Translations under genes and position numbers: made by a program
Part shown: piece after piece, positions 26,646-29,495 of the stretch
Layout of the letters: each line of letters begins with the position of its first letter
How positions within the stretch are numbered: position 1 is the stretch's first letter
Notes under the pieces: generated by a model
Told to the model about the DNA's origin: nothing
Databases searched by the model: none
Seen by the model: only the letters and a program-made list of their open reading frames with translations
From: a virus
Lineage: Duplodnaviria; Caudoviricetes
Length of the DNA: 29,495 nucleotides
Reading direction: 5' to 3' (one strand)
Virus record (IMG/VR): IMGVR_UViG_3300009095_000055
Coordinates: 1-29,495 of that record

Positions 26646-26921
26646 ATGACAAGAGATGCTGATCAAATCACACGTGATGAGATGAGAGAGCTTATGGAAG
26701 ACTTGACAAATGGTCCTCCTGTTGTTCATGTGGTGATTTGTGTTTACAATGATGGAAATACACGTGCTTTCACATTTTCAACACCAGAAGGGATGGATGA
26801 TTTCATTGAATATATCCATAAGGCTGGGGAAGAGCTTGACATTAGGAGCTATACCTTCTATGATACACTCATAGATGCTTATATGGATTATGATTTCATA
26901 CGTTATGGTGTTTGGCATTAG
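26646..26921 (+). CDS. Hypothetical protein
   Basis: AGGAGGT SD. Confidence 0.85.
   Translation: MTRDADQITRDEMRELMEDLTNGPPVVHVVICVYNDGNTRAFTFSTPEGMDDFIEYIHKAGEELDIRSYTFYDTLIDAYMDYDFIRYGVWH
26836..26864 (+). promoter_or_regulatory. Gene-internal sigma70-like promoter
   Basis: TTGACA-N17-TATGAT inside the 26646-26921 CDS. Confidence 0.5.
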
Positions 26922-26972
26922 GAGGAAAGATGCTGATAGAATCCATAACCGACTAATTGGGGAGAATTGATT

Positions 26973-27182
26973 ATGACCAAAGTATATTCTGTTTACATGG
27001 ATGTTGAACTTGCTTATATGACACAATCCGAATCAAAGGCATTCAAGAAGGCCATGGAATTATTCGATGATGATGTTGTGGATGAAGTTAAAATTATTGA
27101 AGAGCATCTTGACACATGGCCCCATAAAGACATAGGTTATAGTATTGTTGAATTTGATGCAAAATATGGGCCATTCAAATGA
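26973..27182 (+). CDS. Hypothetical acidic protein
   Basis: GGGGAG SD; ATG 26973. Confidence 0.8.
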   Translation: MTKVYSVYMDVELAYMTQSESKAFKKAMELFDDDVVDEVKIIEEHLDTWPHKDIGYSIVEFDAKYGPFK

Positions 27183-27517
27183 AACACTGGAATGTTAAAC
27201 AAATGAATCCTCACCAAGCACTTCAATGTTTCTTGATTTGTAGTGTTGCATATTATTGGAAATATGAAAGCTTGATTGAGGATCATGAATACGATTACCT
27301 TGCAAAGTACCTATTGAAAACACAAGATGAATGGAAAGATCATCAACATGCATATCTTGTTGAAGAAGGTAACTTGAAAGCTGGAACAATGTACAACATA
27401 CCTTACAAGGATTACCCGACAATGATTCTTGTTGCAACAGATATGAGGTTGAGAGATCAGTTTGAGGTTAATGGTTCAAGTAGTGGAGAGATCAACCCTT
27501 CGTGCTTGAACAAATAG
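27179..27517 (+). CDS. Stand-alone NAD+-dependent DNA ligase domain Ia-like protein
   Basis: AYYWKYESLIEDHEYDYLAKYL matches the LigA domain Ia pattern YY-x8-D-x-EYD-x-L; no ligase catalytic domain follows. Confidence 0.7.
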   Translation: MKHWNVKQMNPHQALQCFLICSVAYYWKYESLIEDHEYDYLAKYLLKTQDEWKDHQHAYLVEEGNLKAGTMYNIPYKDYPTMILVATDMRLRDQFEVNGSSSGEINPSCLNK

Positions 27518-27533
27518 AAAAAGGGGTATAAAC

Positions 27534-27734
27534 ATGGTGAAGATGAAAGATATTGTGTTTGAGGTGGATCAGGAAAAGTGCTTGCATAAAGCAACATATG
27601 GACCACATCGTGTTTCTATTGTGAATCCATCCAAGAGGATGAGCAAAATGACAAAAGAATATCTGAAAGATCGTATTGAAACACTTATTGAATTTCGTGA
27701 TGATGTAGGGAGGAAACGTCCAAATGGCAATTAA
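27534..27734 (+). CDS. Hypothetical protein
   Basis: AGGGGG SD-like; fits the gene packing. Confidence 0.7.
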   Translation: MVKMKDIVFEVDQEKCLHKATYGPHRVSIVNPSKRMSKMTKEYLKDRIETLIEFRDDVGRKRPNGN

Positions 27735-27921
27735 TGATATTACTGGTGATTCAATCAGAACCAAAAAGACAAGTGATGCCTACAGAGATAATTGGGAAAA
27801 GATTTTTAAGGCACAAGGTTTGAAAGTACAACGTCATGATCCAAATGATGATAAGATTACAGGTGCGGAAGTAACTACAATAATTGTTGATGAAATGTAT
27901 GAGGAAGATAACCATGAATGA
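27724..27921 (+). CDS. Small hypothetical phage protein (NDITGD...Y..NW..IF type)
   Basis: GGGAGG SD; the N-terminal motif is one I recall from other small phage proteins. Confidence 0.78.
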   Translation: MAINDITGDSIRTKKTSDAYRDNWEKIFKAQGLKVQRHDPNDDKITGAEVTTIIVDEMYEEDNHE

Positions 27922-28108
27922 AGATGAGAATCATGTAATCACACATATGGAGAAGGGTTTGAGGGATTTGTTTGAGGAAGACCCAACACCCGGAATCCTA
28001 TCTGTAATCCTTCCTACGTTGCGACAGAGTGATGCTGAACGGTTAGCCTATGCAGTAGAGTCACTCCTTCGTGAAACGCTTGGTGTGGACGTTATGGTGG
28101 AATATTGA
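27914..28108 (+). CDS. Hypothetical protein
   Basis: GAGGA SD before ATG 27914. Confidence 0.75.
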   Translation: MNEDENHVITHMEKGLRDLFEEDPTPGILSVILPTLRQSDAERLAYAVESLLRETLGVDVMVEY

Positions 28109-28130
28109 TGGTTATTGGGAGATATTCAAA

Positions 28131-28418
28131 ATGATGAATAAAATTTATGTTGTCAAAGAAAATGGAGGATCTTATGAGGATGTTTACACATACAACATCT
28201 GTGCATTCTCAGAAGAGGATGATGCAAAGAAGTGTATTGATACCATGAGTCGATATAACGAATGGTGGCTAAGTAAAGCACAAAGAATTCTTGATGAATT
28301 TCAACCAAAGATGTACTCTTCAGATACAAAGTATAATCTTTGCTATGATCTTCAGATGGAGATTTATGATAGAGAATGTTGTTACTATACTTATGAGGAA
28401 GTAGAACTCAAGGGGTAA
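28131..28418 (+). CDS. Hypothetical protein (KIYVV...GSYED type)
   Basis: GGGAG SD before ATG 28131. Confidence 0.8.
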   Translation: MMNKIYVVKENGGSYEDVYTYNICAFSEEDDAKKCIDTMSRYNEWWLSKAQRILDEFQPKMYSSDTKYNLCYDLQMEIYDRECCYYTYEEVELKG

Positions 28419-28423
28419 TTGTC

Positions 28424-28681
28424 ATGACAAAACCTAATGTGCACACTCAAGAGTGGTCAATGATTAAATATCTACCTAATTGGTGGGCTTATGGAGAAAC
28501 TGAAAATAAGCCATACCAACCTAATCATTGGATTAATATTCAAGGAGATGCTATCCATTATTCATCTTTCCAAGAGGTTTCACATACACCATATTTTGAT
28601 GAATTGTTGCGTGACACAATTGAGGAAACTGATATAATTATTGATAAAATGATGAAGAGTGATGAGTATGACGGATTCTGA
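28424..28681 (+). CDS. Hypothetical protein
   Basis: AAGGGGT SD. Confidence 0.78.
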   Translation: MTKPNVHTQEWSMIKYLPNWWAYGETENKPYQPNHWINIQGDAIHYSSFQEVSHTPYFDELLRDTIEETDIIIDKMMKSDEYDGF

Positions 28682-28838
28682 ATATAAGAAACAGAAAGAG
28701 ATTCTTGCAAAGAAACTACTAAGTGCACAAATGTGTGATGATTACACTCAATACAAGAAAGAATTGAGACAGGTTGAAAGAGATAAACTTGATCTTGAAA
28801 GGAGATACAGAAGTGAAAAAGATAAAACCCCATATTAA
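28668..28838 (+). CDS. Small charged hypothetical protein (56 aa, below ORF-track cut-off)
   Basis: Manual translation MTDSEYKKQKEILAKKLLSAQMCDDYTQYKKELRQVERDKLDLERRYRSEKDKTPY*; fills the gap between neighbouring genes. Confidence 0.65.
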   Translation: MTDSEYKKQKEILAKKLLSAQMCDDYTQYKKELRQVERDKLDLERRYRSEKDKTPY

Positions 28839-29055
28839 GAAAATAAACCATGACACTTGGATGTCATACTTGCGTGGTGATCATGTGATTGTTATTGGGT
28901 ATGGAAGTAGCCCGTTCTCATCATTTGTTGATCTTCTGGATGAATTAGGTCACAGAGATAATTATTCTTATGCAGGCTATTTGGAAGAAGACATAATGGA
29001 ATGGTTTTATAGTTTTGAATGGGAGGATTATATATATGAGGATGAAAGGAAGTAA
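28813..29055 (+). CDS. Hypothetical protein
   Basis: AAGGAG SD before GTG 28813. Confidence 0.75.
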   Translation: MKKIKPHIKKINHDTWMSYLRGDHVIVIGYGSSPFSSFVDLLDELGHRDNYSYAGYLEEDIMEWFYSFEWEDYIYEDERK

Positions 29056-29491
29056 ACCAATCTTTAATGACAAAGATACATGGAACATGGATGCAACACT
29101 AGCACCAATCATTTGTGAAGGTTTGAAGAAGTTCAAAGAAGTGATAAGTGATCCAGAATGCATTGCTGGATATCCTTGTAAAGTTATTAATGCTTTTGAC
29201 TTCGGTTATGGTGTTGAGATGGAAGAGGACTGTATTAAAGAATGGCACAAGATCATTGATGAAATGATTTATGCTTTTGATTCTACCAATGAACCTATCA
29301 TATCAGATTATGATTTTGATTTGGAGTTTATGAATGTAGGAAAGACAGAACAAGGCTATATACAGTCAACTATTAAATGTTCTGATGAATATGAGTATGA
29401 CCTTTATAAAAAGGATATGGAAGAATGGGAACAACGTTGTGAGAAAGGAAGAGAATTGTTCGCTAAATATTTTAAGTGCTTGTGGAGGTGA
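29036..29491 (+). CDS. Hypothetical phage protein (DTW.MD.TLA.II...LF.KYF..LW type)
   Basis: GGAGGA SD before ATG 29036; motif pattern recalled from other phage hypothetical proteins. Confidence 0.82.
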   Translation: MRMKGSKPIFNDKDTWNMDATLAPIICEGLKKFKEVISDPECIAGYPCKVINAFDFGYGVEMEEDCIKEWHKIIDEMIYAFDSTNEPIISDYDFDLEFMNVGKTEQGYIQSTIKCSDEYEYDLYKKDMEEWEQRCEKGRELFAKYFKCLWR

Positions 29492-29495
29492 TCTA

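Noticed and set aside
26930-26956. 8-aa mini-ORF with AGGAGG SD
   Set aside because: Too short to support; may be a gene remnant.

Overview
AT-rich segment of a tailed dsDNA phage genome with a contractile tail (myovirus organisation resembling rV5/PAK_P1-type phages; the family assignment is inference). Positions 1-23638 hold the virion morphogenesis module on the minus strand: small and large terminase, portal, SPP1 gp7/MuF-like protein, XkdF-like protease, scaffold, decoration protein, major capsid, neck proteins, sheath, three tandem tube paralogues, tail assembly chaperone with a probable -1 frameshift extension, an inserted GIY-YIG homing endonuclease, tape measure, baseplate, spike, and a tail fibre truncated by the window edge. 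Positions 23640-25300 contain an HNH endonuclease, tRNA-Arg(UCU) and structured non-coding elements with anti-Shine-Dalgarno/GGA loops. Positions 25280-25950 form a divergent control region with several TTGACA promoters, palindromes and a 13-bp repeat array. From 25952 to the end is a plus-strand run of small early-type genes, one of which looks like a stand-alone NAD+-ligase domain Ia. The strongest leads are the candidate anti-RBS small RNAs, a prohead protease whose catalytic triad appears split over two genes, the stand-alone ligase Ia protein, and the repeat/promoter region. All family calls come from motif recognition and gene order; no database search was run.
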